From: Ginglymostoma cirratum
Lineage: Eukaryota
Length of the DNA stretch: 64,000 bases
NCBI GenBank assembly: GCA_024137785.1
Contig: JAHRHZ010000025.1
Location: 16,260,079 to 16,324,078 of the forward strand
Direction: 5' to 3'
Part shown: positions 11,773 through 23,225 of the stretch, piece after piece
How the letters are laid out: every line of letters starts with the position of its first letter
Numbering within the stretch: the first letter of the stretch is position 1
Position numbers and translations under genes: made by a program
The notes under the pieces: generated by a model
What the model was told of the DNA's origin: nothing
Databases searched by the model: none
What the model saw: the letters and a program-made list of their open reading frames with translations, nothing else

Positions 11773-12406
11773 CTTAGAATCCCTACAGTGTGGAAACAGG
11801 CCCTTCGGCCCAACAAGTCCACACCAACCCTCAGAGCATCCCACCCAGACCCATCCCACTATAACCCACCTAACCTGCACACCCCTCAACACTATAGGCA
11901 ACTTAGATAACAAGGTGTAGAGCTGGATGAACACAGCAGGCCAAGCAGCATCAGAGGAGCAGGAAAGCTGACATTTTGGGCCTAGACCCTTCTTCAGAAA
12001 TGGGGGAGGGGAAGGGGATTCTGAAATAAATAGGGAGAGAGGGCGAGGCGGATAGAAGATGGATAAAGGAGAAGATAGGTGAAGAGGAGACAGACAAGTC
12101 AAAGAGGTGGGGATGGAGCCAGTAAAGATGAGTGTAGGTGGGGAGTTAGGGAGAGGATAGGTCAGTCCAGGGAGGATGGACAGGTCAAGGGGGCAGGATG
12201 AGGCTAGTAGGTAGGAGATGGAGGTGGGGGTGGGCCTTGAGATGGTTAGCATGACCAATCCACCTAGCCTGTACATCTTTAGACTGTGGGAAACCCAGAG
12301 GAAACCCATGCAAACTCCACACGGGCAGTCATCTGAGAGTGGAATCGAACCCAGGCTCCTGGCGCTGTGAGGCAGCAGTACTAACCACTGAGCCACCATG
12401 CCACCC
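11773..12406 (-). mobile_element. HE1-type V-SINE interrupted by a Penelope terminal fragment
   Basis: The tRNA-like head (minus strand GGTGGCTCAGTGG...GGTTCGATTCC) is at 12340-12406 and the HER1-shared tail at 11773-11900. It is collinear with the copies at 25162, 30015 and 60646. Confidence 0.92.
11905..12245 (-). mobile_element. Penelope-like element terminal repeat (pLTR) fragment
   Basis: Near-identical reverse complement of about 15755-16090. Flanked by TTAG at 11903-11906 and 12246-12249. Confidence 0.9.
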
Positions 12407-13679
12407 TAAATTATCTTTTCAATGTTGCTTTTAAATCAGGTACAACTACCCTTTTAGGTAATCCAAACTACGTGAACTAGATAAGTATATAAAGGATTAG
12501 AAAGATATGCAGCCAAGGTTAGGTGAAAAGGAGGCTTCTGTGGAGTACAAATTTCAACTTGGTGTAGTCCTGTTGAATGACTTATACAGGTGCTTGATTT
12601 TCTTGGTAAAGTGTGGCAAAAGTACTAACACAGATGAACGTTCAATGTCTAAGTGCAGGATGCCAATAAATTTGAGGGCGTTAAGGGCCTTAGTATCATA
12701 ATAGGCTTGGAACATTCCAGAAAGCACCATTCTTGGCTGGCTGCCTGTTAATCAGGGACAAGTTGCCAAATCAGTAATGGATCTGTCGGCTGGCAGTATT
12801 TGTTTGTAGGTATATATTGTTTGTGTATCTGTAAGTATATTGTGCATGTGTATTGTGTTTGTGTTTATTTTATGTAAAAGGTTTTATTGTTTGTACTGTT
12901 ATTTCACTAGAAGTTCCTAATGCCTCCAAATCATTTATAAAATGTGTCACATGAAAGACAAGAAAGGTGAACAGAAGTCTGAATGTCAGTGTAATCCCAA
13001 GGGAAATCTTCTGCCATTTAACTGCATTTAAACACATCCTGGTTGTTCCACATATGTCCAAGATTTTTAATTTCAGCAGCTACCTTCTATTAGCATCTAT
13101 CCTTCCTGTCTTAGCTTGTAAGCTTTACACCTGCCTTCTCCCTGTCTTTCATGTTCCTTTCCCTTTGTTTCTCTGATTCCTGTTTTTATATCTGTCACCC
13201 TGCCTCTCACACACATGCCTTTCCTTTTTATTCTCTGTGCTTTGAGTTAGCTTATGTAATCTTTACTGGCAATACATGATGTTACAATGTTCTCAGCTCT
13301 GCTTGGTCTTGAATGTGAGTCAACACCAACCAAGTTCCTGGCTCCTTTTCATTATATGGTGATTATGAACGGAAGGTGATCCCACATTACCTTAGCTATG
13401 ATAACCTGGAGCTGGGCAATTTTGAGCACAAAGCTAACACCCTTGTAGCTTAATGAGACCGTGAGTAGTTTCCTTCCATGTTTAGTAAATACCTTTTTAT
13501 TTCCAGTTGGATTGAAACTGTAATGAGGAATGTCAAAATTCCACTGTATTTTCTGCAAAGTCCGTCTGCAAAGTCCGTGCAGACCTGTTTTGCACTTGTT
13601 GTATTTACTTATAGATAATTTGTGCATAAAGTAGATTTTGAAATAGATTTTGAGTCTAGGCCAACAATTCAGTTCGGGG

Positions 13680-13974
13680 CAATGCAGTACTATCAGACAT
13701 GCCATCTTTCAAGTGAAGTGTTAAACCAATCCTAGGACATTGTTCAAAGGTGTGAAGGGAAAACATTCCTGGAGTCTTTTGCTAAGATGTATCCCATAAT
13801 CAATATCCTGAAACCATTACCTGATCATCATTTTGCTGATGGAAGTGCTTGCTGTGTGCAGATCAGCTGCTGCATTTCCTGCAATACAACAGTGACCACA
13901 CTTCAAAAATATGTATTTAACTGTCGTGCATTTTGGAATATTGTAATGTCATAAACTGCATTATAAAAATGCAG
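13680..13974 (+). mobile_element. Deu-domain SINE whose tail is the insertion site of the Penelope element
   Basis: GCCATCTTTCAAGTGAAGTGTTAAACC...TTGCTGTGTGCAGATCAGCTGCTGCATTTCCT...ACAACAGTGACCACACTTCAAAA...TATAAAAATGCA. Confidence 0.7.
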
Positions 13975-14138
13975 AGATAGTAGGAGCTGCAGATGCTGGA
14001 GAATCCGAGATAACAAGGTGTAGAGCTGGATGAACACAGCAGGCCAAGCAGCATCAGAGGAGCAGGAAGGCTGACGTTTCAGGCCGAGACCCTTCAGAAA
14101 TGCTCATCAGGGCTGGCAGCATCTGTGAAGGAGTAAAC

Positions 14139-14538
14139 NNNNNNNNNNNNNNNNNNNNNNNNNNNNNNNNNNNNNNNNNNNNNNNNNNNNNNNNNNNNNN
14201 NNNNNNNNNNNNNNNNNNNNNNNNNNNNNNNNNNNNNNNNNNNNNNNNNNNNNNNNNNNNNNNNNNNNNNNNNNNNNNNNNNNNNNNNNNNNNNNNNNNN
14301 NNNNNNNNNNNNNNNNNNNNNNNNNNNNNNNNNNNNNNNNNNNNNNNNNNNNNNNNNNNNNNNNNNNNNNNNNNNNNNNNNNNNNNNNNNNNNNNNNNNN
14401 NNNNNNNNNNNNNNNNNNNNNNNNNNNNNNNNNNNNNNNNNNNNNNNNNNNNNNNNNNNNNNNNNNNNNNNNNNNNNNNNNNNNNNNNNNNNNNNNNNNN
14501 NNNNNNNNNNNNNNNNNNNNNNNNNNNNNNNNNNNNNN
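14139..14538. other. Assembly gap (400 N)
   Basis: Run of N inside the left inverted arm of the Penelope element. Confidence 0.99.
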
Positions 14539-14690
14539 GGGGGCAGGATGAGGTTAGTAGATAGGAGATAGGGGTGGGGCTTGAGGTGGGAGGAGGGGAT
14601 AGGTGAGAGGAAGAACAGGTTAGGGAGGCGAGGATGAGCTGGGCTGGTTTTGGGATGCGGTTGGGGGAGGGGAGATTTTGAAGTTTGTGA

Positions 14691-15724
14691 AAGTTCACCT
14701 GTACCATCTCCAACACTTCTCTCTCCTTCCTGGACCTCTCTGTCTCCATCTCGGGTAATCACCTAGAAACCGATGTCCATTTCAAGCCCACTGACTCCCA
14801 CAGCTACCTGTGGAGGAGCTACCTCCTCCCACCCACCTTCCTGTAAAAATGCCATCCCCTATTCCCAATTCCTTCGCCTCCGCCGCATCTGCTCCCAGGA
14901 TAAGGCATTCCACTCCTGCACATCTCAGATGTCCTCATACTTCAAAGACCGCAACATCCCCCCCGCAGTGGTCGAGAACGCCCTCGACTGTGTCTCCCGC
15001 ACTTAAGAACCGCAACTCATCCCTCACACCCCATCCCCGCAATAATAAACAAAAGAAATCCCCCTAGTCGTCACGTACCACCCCACCAACCTCCGGATCC
15101 AACGCATCATCCTCCGACACTTCCGCCATCTGCAATCCGACCCCACCACCAAAGACATTTTTCCCTCCCAACCCTTGTCTGCTTTCCGGAGGGACCACTC
15201 CCTCCGTGACTCCCTTGTCCGCTCCACACTCCCCTCCAGCCTCACCACACCCGGCACTTTTCCCTGCAACCGCAGGAAGTGCTACACCTGCCCCCACACC
15301 TCCTCCCTCACCCCAATCCCAGGCCTCAAGAAGACTTTCCACATCAAGCAGATGTTCACCTGCACATCTGCCAATGTGGTACACTGCATCCGCTGTACCC
15401 GTTGTGGCCTCCTCTACATCGGGGAAACCAAGCGGAGGCTTGGGGACCGCTTTGCAGAACACCTGCGCTCAGTTTGCAACAAACAACTGCACCTCCCAGT
15501 CGCGAACCATTTCAACTCCCCCCTCCCATTCCTCAGACGACATGTCCGTCCTGGGCCTCCTGCAATGCCACAATGATGCCACCCGAAGGCTGCAGGAACA
15601 GCAAATCATATTCAGCCTGGGAACCCTGCAGCCCAATGGTATCAATGTGGATTTCACAATCTTCAAAATCTCCCCTCCCCCAACCGCATCCCAAAACCAG
15701 CCCAGCTCATCCCCGCCTCCCTAA
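14691..15724 (+). pseudogene. Frameshifted Penelope-like RT thumb + Cys linker + GIY-YIG endonuclease
   Basis: Pieces across frames: SFLDLSV..KPTDSHSYL, SSHPPSCKNAIPYSQFLRLRRICS, FPCNRRKCYTC, NVVHCIRCTRCGLLYIGETKRRLGDRFAEH, PVANHFN, LGTLQPNGIN. Confidence 0.92.
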
Positions 15725-15993
15725 CCTGTCCTTCCTCTCACCTATCCCGTCCTCCCACCTCAAGCCCCATCCCCATCTCCTATCTACTAACCTCATCCCG
15801 CCCCCTTGACCTGTCCGTCCTCCCTGGACTGACCTATCTCCTCCCTACCCCCCCACCTGCACTCACCTTTACTGGCTCCATCCCCGCCTCTTTGACTTGT
15901 CTGCCTCCTCTCCACCTATCCTCTCCTCTATCCTTCTTCTATCCGCCTCCCCCTCTCTCCCTATTTATTTCAGAACCCTCTTCCCCTCCTCCA

Positions 15994-16027
15994 TTTCTGA
16001 TGAAGGGTCTAGGCCCGAAACGTCAAG
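15994..16027 (+). ncRNA. Minimal type I hammerhead ribozyme core in the Penelope terminal repeat
   Basis: CTGATGA (15997-16003), stem II GGGT-CTAG-GCCC, GAAA (16017-16020), then CGTC giving palindromic ACGT and a GUC cleavage triplet. Stem I is only TTT/AAG. Confidence 0.75.
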
Positions 16028-16844
16028 CTTTCCTGCTCCAATGATGCTGCTTGGCCTGCTGTGTTCATCCAGCTCCACACCTTGTTATCTCGGATTCTCC
16101 AGCATCTGCAGTACCTATTATCTCTTCTTCTCTACATGTGTACCTCCAATATTCTGATCACTGCAGCCAATGGGTGAGCCTACAGCAGCAGATCAGTAGA
16201 ATAAAAAGAGATTAAAGTTAAAGAAGATTTTCTCAACTGTACACCATATCCTTCTCCCTAGAAAACTTGATATAATTGATCTCCCTTGCCCCTTTTCTCT
16301 TGTTATCTTCCTAAAGTGTGGACTGAAGCCATTTGACACCAGTCTGCCTTTTTTGGAAGTGTGTAGTCTTCATGTGTGTGAGTCTAGATAGTGAAAGTCA
16401 GTAGGGTCAGTAGGTTAATGCTCCCTCCCTAACAGTACAGGGAAATTACATGCACAACATGGATATAATAGAAGATCCACCACCATCATCACAAGGACAA
16501 TCAGAGAATAGGTAGTAAATATCAGACTTGTCAGGAACATTAAAATTCTAAATATTTTCCAATGTTATGCGCACAGAAGTGGACAAGCAATTGGCATTCT
16601 ATCAATATAGCTAGGTGTAACTGTGGCTCAAAGAATTCTAAATGCATCACAGTTACATAATGGATAAAAACAAAATGAGAGGCAAGGAGGTTTCATTCTT
16701 ATGGTATAGTGATAAATACAGACTTTCACCTGGCCTACCTTGGTTAGATTAAAGCCCAGGCGTCAGGAACTGAGAGATTATGTTGCCTGATTGTGCTAGA
16801 GTGATCGTGTTCTCCCAACCCCTCCAGCTTCCCAAAATCTATAA

Positions 16845-16982
16845 AAAAATCAAGTACCGCCAATGCTGTAAGTCTGAAATAAAAACAGAAATTGCCCCCA
16901 AAGATTCACTGGACTTGAAACATTAACTCTGCTTCCTCTCTACAGATGCTGCCAAATCTGCTGAGTTTCTCCACCAACAACT
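16845..16982. mobile_element. Short fold-back terminal remnant of a second, older Penelope-like family
   Basis: ATGCTGTAAGTCTGAAATAAAAACAGAAATTG followed by GACTTGAAACATTAACTCTGCTTCCTCTCTACAGATGCTGCC. Related pieces lie at about 28190-28310, 36015-36490 and 60005-60060. Confidence 0.6.
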
Positions 16983-17620
16983 TGTTACAGTTCCGTACAA
17001 GATATCCAAATTGCTAAGATCCCATGTGAGGAGGAATGAATTAGCTCCCCTTGATTATTCAACAACATCAGCCCCACCTCCCACTAACTCTTGGTTGGTT
17101 GCAACAAGGTTGATTCATAAACAGATCCCTTTCCTTGTGACACCTTTCTCCCAGGTCCAAATGGACTTCGGTTTTATAAGGAGACGGCTTAACCAGGCTT
17201 TCTAAAGTTAGCAAAAAGTGAATTTGTTAATTACTAAATGCAAGAAAAATTAGTAACACAACACACATGCACAGAGATTAGATGTATAAGTCAGTCCAAA
17301 AATATAAGCGTTAAAAAGTAAACAAATATATGGATCAGCATCTGAAATATTATGAAGAATAGATAGTTGAACGTTATGGCTGTTTCAGTGGATGTCATTG
17401 GTGGTGTTGACATTAGTAGTTAAACAGTCAATTTTGAGATTTGCAGATTGGTCGGGATTCTATTATTCTGAATCCTTTTGACCATGTCTGAAATCCATTA
17501 TTTGGCATGAGAGAGAATCCTTTTGTTGTTCTATTTAATTTTGCCTGGCTTGCTAGTTAGCTGACATCTGTCACTCAGAGTGTGAGTGCTTCTTTATCTG
17601 CAAACCAGAGATGAGTGGAG
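16983..17620 (-). mobile_element. Possible LTR remnant
   Basis: Begins TGTTACA directly after a repeat boundary and is non-coding. The general resemblance to shark Gypsy LTRs is from memory only. Confidence 0.3.
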
Positions 17621-17624
17621 TATG

Positions 17625-18720
17625 GTTATAGAGTCATAATCACAGAGAGCTACAATGCAGAAAAAGGCCCTTCAGCCTCTCACATCCACGCTAGTCAAAC
17701 ACAACCACCTGGCTATTATAATCACATTTTCTAGCATATGACCCATAGCCTTGTAAGCCTTGACATCCAAATTGCACATAGAGTCAGAAAGATGTACAGC
17801 ATGGAAACAGATCCTTCGGTCCAACTCACCCATGCAGACCAGCTATCCTATGTAAATCTAGTCCCATTCGCCAGCATTTGGCCCATATCCCTCCAAACCC
17901 TTCCTATTCCTATACCCATCCAGATGCCTTTTAAATGTTGAATTATCCCAGCCTCCACCACTTCCTCTGGCAGCTCATTCCATACTTGCACCACCCTCTG
18001 CGTGAAAAAACTGCCCCTTCGGTCCCTTTTTATATCTTCCCCGTCTCACCTTAAACCTCTGCCCTCTAGCTTTGGACTCTCCCATCCCAGAGGAAAGACC
18101 TTGCCTATTTGCCCTATCTATGCCCCTCACAATTTTATAAACTTGCAAAAAGTTACGCCTCGGCTTTCGATGCTCCAGGTAAAATAGCCCCAGTCTATTC
18201 AGCCTTTCCCTTTATCTCAAACCCTCCAACCCTAGCAATATCCTTGTAAGTCTATTCTGAATCCTTTCTAGTTTCACCACATCCTTCCTATAGGAGGGAG
18301 ATCAGAATTGCATGCAATACTCCAAAAGTGGCCGAACCAATGTCCTCTACAGCCACAAAATGACCTCCTAACTCCTATACTCAATGTATCTAAATACTCC
18401 TTAAATGTTATGGGAGTTTCTGCCTCTACCACCCTTATAGGCAATGAATTCCAAATTCCCATCATCCTCTGGGTGAAAAGGTTTTTCCTCACATCACCTC
18501 TATACCTCTTATCTTAAGTCTATGCCCCTTGGTCATTGATCCCTCCTTCGAGGGGAAATGTTCCTTCCTGTCTGCCCTATCTATGCCCCTCATAATTTTA
18601 TATGTCATAATCATATCCCCTGTCAGTCTCATCTGCTCTAAAGAACATAACCCCAGAATACTCAATCTTACATCATAACAGAAATTCTCCAGCTCAGACA
18701 ATGTCCTGGTATATCTCTCC
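17625..18720 (-). mobile_element. Older CR1 3' fragment with a younger HER1-like fragment (about 17779-18387) nested inside
   Basis: Minus-strand ORFs 18489-18701 (LGLCSLEQMRLTGDMIMTYKIMRGIDR) and 18274-18492 (RKNLFTQRMMGIWNSLP). Two separate 3' tails start at about 17627 and 17779. Confidence 0.9.
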
Positions 18721-19111
18721 TTCAGAACTGCACTGCGTCCTTAGAAAGTCCTGGCCAGATAAAATGCTTGTTTATTGATGCTTGAATTTTCCACGTTACT
18801 ACACGTGTTGCCACAGAAATTTCATTTGCCACTCACAATCACTCCTTCTGACATTTGGGTGATGGCACTATTCAATGAGGAATCATTCATCCTTCATCCC
18901 AGATCCATGAAGGTGTCTCCATTTCACCACCAGAACTTTTCTTTTCCTCAGGGAAACCTTGGAATTGGCACCTTACCAAGTTTTAATGGAAATACAACAG
19001 TTGTATGCCAAAAAGGAAAACAAAATTATTTGTTGAGGGTGACCATGGTTGAGTTAGAAAGAGAGGAACCGATAATCCACTCCTCACCTAGTTTGAACAC
19101 GAGTCACTAAC

Positions 19112-19265
19112 ATATTGTTGTTTATGGCAGATTACTGTGCACAGATTGGTGCCAAATATCCTACCTTACAACAGTCATTACACTTTTTAAAAAGGTTTTC
19201 ATTGGCTGCAAGTATTTTATGACCCTCTGAGGCTATGAAGATGTATTAAAAATGTAATTTTCTTT
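19112..19265 (+). mobile_element. Deu-domain SINE 3' part
   Basis: ACTGTGCACAGATTGGTGCC...CCTACCTTACAACAGTCATTACAC...TTCATTGGCTGCAAG. Confidence 0.65.
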
Positions 19266-20269
19266 CCCTTCCCCCTTTATTTTCACTTTTTCTTCTTTTC
19301 CATTACATCTTCTGTCTCACACAGGTCCCGAGGGAAAGGTGCTGAGCGAGATTAAGAAATTGGATTGCCATCAATAAAAACATATGTCACTAACACAGGA
19401 TGCTGTGGGGAGCATTACTAAGTGACTGTGAAGCAGCTGAATTAACATTGATAAAGAGACTATCACTAAGGCAGGGTGTTCCGGGGGTGGGCTTCTAGGT
19501 ATAATACTGCTAGTAAAAGGGAACTGAATTAGTAGCAACAGAGATACAGTCAATAATTTTGGGTATTTGGATGATGGGCTAGAATGACACTGAAGGAGCT
19601 ACTTTCACATCAGTTGAGATGTAACGAGTGAGTAAAATAGATTCTGGATATAAAATCTTATCCCAAGATTTGTCTAATTCATTTACAACTTTGCAATTTT
19701 GCCTGCAGCACTCAAATAGTTAATATAGATTTTGTTCTACATATCATTTCCTTCGTTACAGATCTGCTTTTTACAACAGTTCTTGTTTCCTGCACACATG
19801 TTATACATGACTCTCTGTGATGAAGGTGTGGTTACCAAATGTAGAAATCTGTGATAAACACGCTAGGTCTGCACAAATGAGCAGCAGGCATCTGCCTGTA
19901 GAGCTGGTGGCATTGTTTCTGGCCTCAGGAGATGATTGTTTTTCTTGCGATGAGTCTGCAGCACAGAGGCAGGGAGTTGAGGGCCAATGAGAATCTAGGA
20001 TCAATTCTGTCGTCATATGGCACTCATGCAGGCATACTTCACAGTAGGATGCACTAGATTGACACTGAGGCTAATGGTTGCATACCCATCTTTGGTCTTG
20101 GCTGAGTATAGTGAGAAATTTTCAACCATGCTTCTGTTCTCTCTAGATCCGATTATTCTAGCGCTCCTCTAGATGGACCCCATTTTCCAGTCTTTGTTAA
20201 TCTGAAATCACCTAAAACTTCGTTGCACATATTTTACCTGGCAGCAAGAACAATACAGGCTGCTATGGG

Positions 20270-20745
20270 GAGCCCTGTGTTAGTCTGTGCATTTAGATCT
20301 ATGTTGGTTCCTGGTCTGGTTAAACTTCAATTTTAAATTGCTCATCTGTCTCTTAAATTCCATCTTGGGTCTTGTGCACCCATCCTTTCCCTCAAACTGC
20401 CCTTCCGATCTGTATAACTACCTCTGGCCCTTTAACAATTTGAGCTCTATGCACTCTGCCTATTCTGTCTGCTTCAACATTCGTGATTTCCCTTGCTCCA
20501 TCAATGATGGTTATGCCTTAGCTGCCTAAGTCAAAGTTCTGGGATTTCTTTCCAAGCCTCTGTGCCTCTCCCTACTTTTAAAATGATTCTAAAAACCTCA
20601 CACTATTGCCAAGCTTTATTCCCTGCACTCTATTGCCTGCAGTAATGTGTTCTTATTTGGCTGAGTGTCAAATTATGTCTGACTGTGCTCAGAAGCATGT
20701 TGGGTTATACTTAATAAAAGGGGCTATATGAATGCAGGTCATTGT
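20270..20745 (+). mobile_element. L2-like LINE 3' end
   Basis: TTTTAAATTGCTCATC...CTGTATAACTACCTC...GGGATTTCTTTCCAAGCCTCTGTGCCTCTC, ending GGCTATATGAATGCA, the same end as the Deu-SINE tail. Confidence 0.6.
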
Positions 20746-22199
20746 TCAATTGCAAACTGATGAGAGCTTTTTAATTACAAGCTCCATGAACAGTAAAACT
20801 ACAGAGCAGATGGTGTTATTTGTTGGACACAATCTGAAGGGAATGAAGAATTGAAGATTCCCTTGAAGTGTCGGCTGGGTTAGATCAATATAGTAGGAGG
20901 TCTGCTAGCCATCTGGTACCTTTACTGGGAGGAGTTCATAGGGAGCACTGTGAGGGACATTGACCTCAATGATGTCAATATAGAGATTGAGAAAAAATCC
21001 ATGAAAACCAATTAATTATTGGCAAAGGAAGCAAGAATACACATTAGACAGTGTCTTTCACATCCTGGTGGCATGCTAATGTGTTCTGATGCCAATGAGG
21101 TTTTTTATTTGAAGTGTAGTTGCTGTTGTTTTGCAAGGTATAAAGAATTATTGAGAAAGCTTGCAGGTTTTAACATTCTGGGAATTAGAACAATTTAAAA
21201 ATTAAATTCCAGATTTCGCATCAGATCAAGTCAATTCAGGTTTTAGCTAGAGAGAGAGTCATTTTGAGGACTAAATGCTAAAAACCAAGGCCTGTCCATT
21301 TGAAGATATCAGATTGCTTTGGGATGATTCAAACCGGATAGATTCCTTATACACAATCAATGTTTGCTGCCCGACTGTGTTGTCAAATCTATTATTAAAT
21401 TGTCAGCAGACACACAATGTAGTCCCATCGATATGTGTTAGTTAATTGCACCTTTAAATAGAAACATAACATACTTGTCTAAATAATTAATATGAATAAA
21501 TGGGTCTGAGATGGCAATATAGGAGCCTGGAGCACATTGCAATTTTCTTTCTTTAGAATCTGACACAGCTATTTTCTGGATGAAAACAACATATTGCAGA
21601 TGTAGGAAGTCTGCTATTTTCTGAGTAAGTATAAAAACCATAAGATCCTGGAACGATGGAGTACATCTATGCCACCTTTTTGAAAGATATATTAAATTAT
21701 TCTCATTCTCCCATGCTGACTGCCCTACCATTTTCCCCCTTCTAAGGATTTATCCAATTCTCTTTGGAATGTGACTATTGAATCTATATCCACCACCCTT
21801 TCATGTTCCAAATGTATATTCCAGAAACATGTCAACTTTTAGGGTAAGAATAAATTCTGTTCATCTTCCCTCCATCATCTGATTGTGAATTTGTAGGAGT
21901 TCACCCGTGGTAGATCTTGATGCTAGTGTGAAATGTAATAGTGAATTGGCAGCCCACCATATATCTCTCCTCATTTTATTTCCATTGATTTCAAAGGAAA
22001 AAATACACAAGGAGAGATGTAAAATGGGGCTGCCAATTCATTACCAATGGATTTTGTACTTTTGTTTAAAGTTAAAATCCAGGCCCCTCAGTCTGCTGAC
22101 TCAGTCACGAACCCCATGAGGGGAGCGGGATGTTCCAGACCAGATTCGTTCTGAAGCCTGCTGCAAATTCAATTCGCATCACAAAGAGTGCCAAAACTA

Positions 22200-22640
22200 G
22201 TTGAAAGGACAAGGTTTCAGGTTATGTTATTGGGCTAATAATTCAAGGAACGTCAGCTCAAATCCCATCGGGGCATTTTGAGAATTGAAACTCCATTTTA
22301 AGAAAACCTCTGGAAATTAAAAAAAGTCTGCATCAGGAAAAGTGCTTTATGATTGCAATTGCAATTTATGGAACTTCAATTTAGTTTCTTTTCATTTTGC
22401 TCTCGGTTATGAAAGGTAAGTTGCAATGAATTTGTTAGATAGAAGTTGGAATTCAATGTGTTCTAACCTTCTTGGAGAAGGAATCCTTCCCTTCCTTGCT
22501 TTATCTTGCGTACATGTGGATTCAGTCCTCACAGTGACTCCTTACTTTCCTATGAATTTCCTTTGTAATAAACTGAATTGCATCAAACTGTGACAAAGAG
22601 CAACTAGGGATAGGCAATAAATGTTGGCCTTGAGCGACTT
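22200..22640 (+). mobile_element. Old copy of the tRNA-headed SINE family
   Basis: GCTCAAATCCCATC...ACATGTGGATTCAGTCC...GCAACTAGGGATAGGCAATAAATGTTGGCCTTG. Confidence 0.6.
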
Positions 22641-22994
22641 ATTTAAAAAAATACTACTGTGTCTCATTAAAGCACAAAAGTCCGCAGACATCAGGCAGAG
22701 CTGGGAAAGGACACCGAAGTGAAACAGTGTCTAACAGTTCAATCTGTGTCAAAACACACAGATATCTGCAACACTAGATCAGCTCACTTGGGTATAGAAT
22801 TCTCCCTGCCACGATGTAATAGGACAAAATAACTTTCAAATCCTATTCATTCCACCCCAATCCCATCCCCTCTTCGAGGCATCAGCACTTGCCACGATAT
22901 TGACACAGGAAAGAGACAGTCCTGAAGGTCATTGTGAAGAAAAAAAGAAACACCTGCCATCGTTCAACAGAAGGCTTTCAGTGCCAATCTAGGG

Positions 22995-23225
22995 ACCCGC
23001 CGGCAGATGGAGATCTTTCAGACAAATTGTCCATTTTACAGACAAGAGCTTACGATTGGCGTTGGGTGTAAGCTGCTTTTGACTCGTGGCTAGCAAAAGA
23101 AAATGTTGCAAGCATGATTGAACGTGCTTGGGATTAAAGTTGCTCAGCAAGGAGCCGGGAAAAAGATAAGGTCTGACATGGATGGCACAAGGGGAGGCTG
23201 ACCCAACAGCTGTGCCCATGGCAAC
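22995..23225. promoter_or_regulatory. Candidate regulatory island with CTCF/E-box-like and X-box-like motifs
   Basis: CCGGCAGATGGAG at 23000-23012 and GTGCCCATGGCAAC at 23212-23225 (12/14 to the RFX consensus), in unique sequence. Confidence 0.3.

Larger units (their letters stand above)
13975..16123 (+). mobile_element. Penelope-like retroelement (Neptune-type), 5'-truncated with inverted terminal arms
   Basis: 13975-14102 and 14539-14690 are reverse complements of about 15992-16123 and 15654-15806. The middle encodes the RT C-terminus and a GIY-YIG nuclease. Confidence 0.93.

Noticed and set aside
11767-12399. 210-aa minus-strand ORF
   Set aside because: It is entirely HE1 SINE plus Penelope terminal sequence. 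The same peptide (VAQWL..LPHS.R) recurs in other SINE copies.
14054-14762. Long ORFs of 231, 222 and 154 aa
   Set aside because: They are open only because they run through the 400-N gap.
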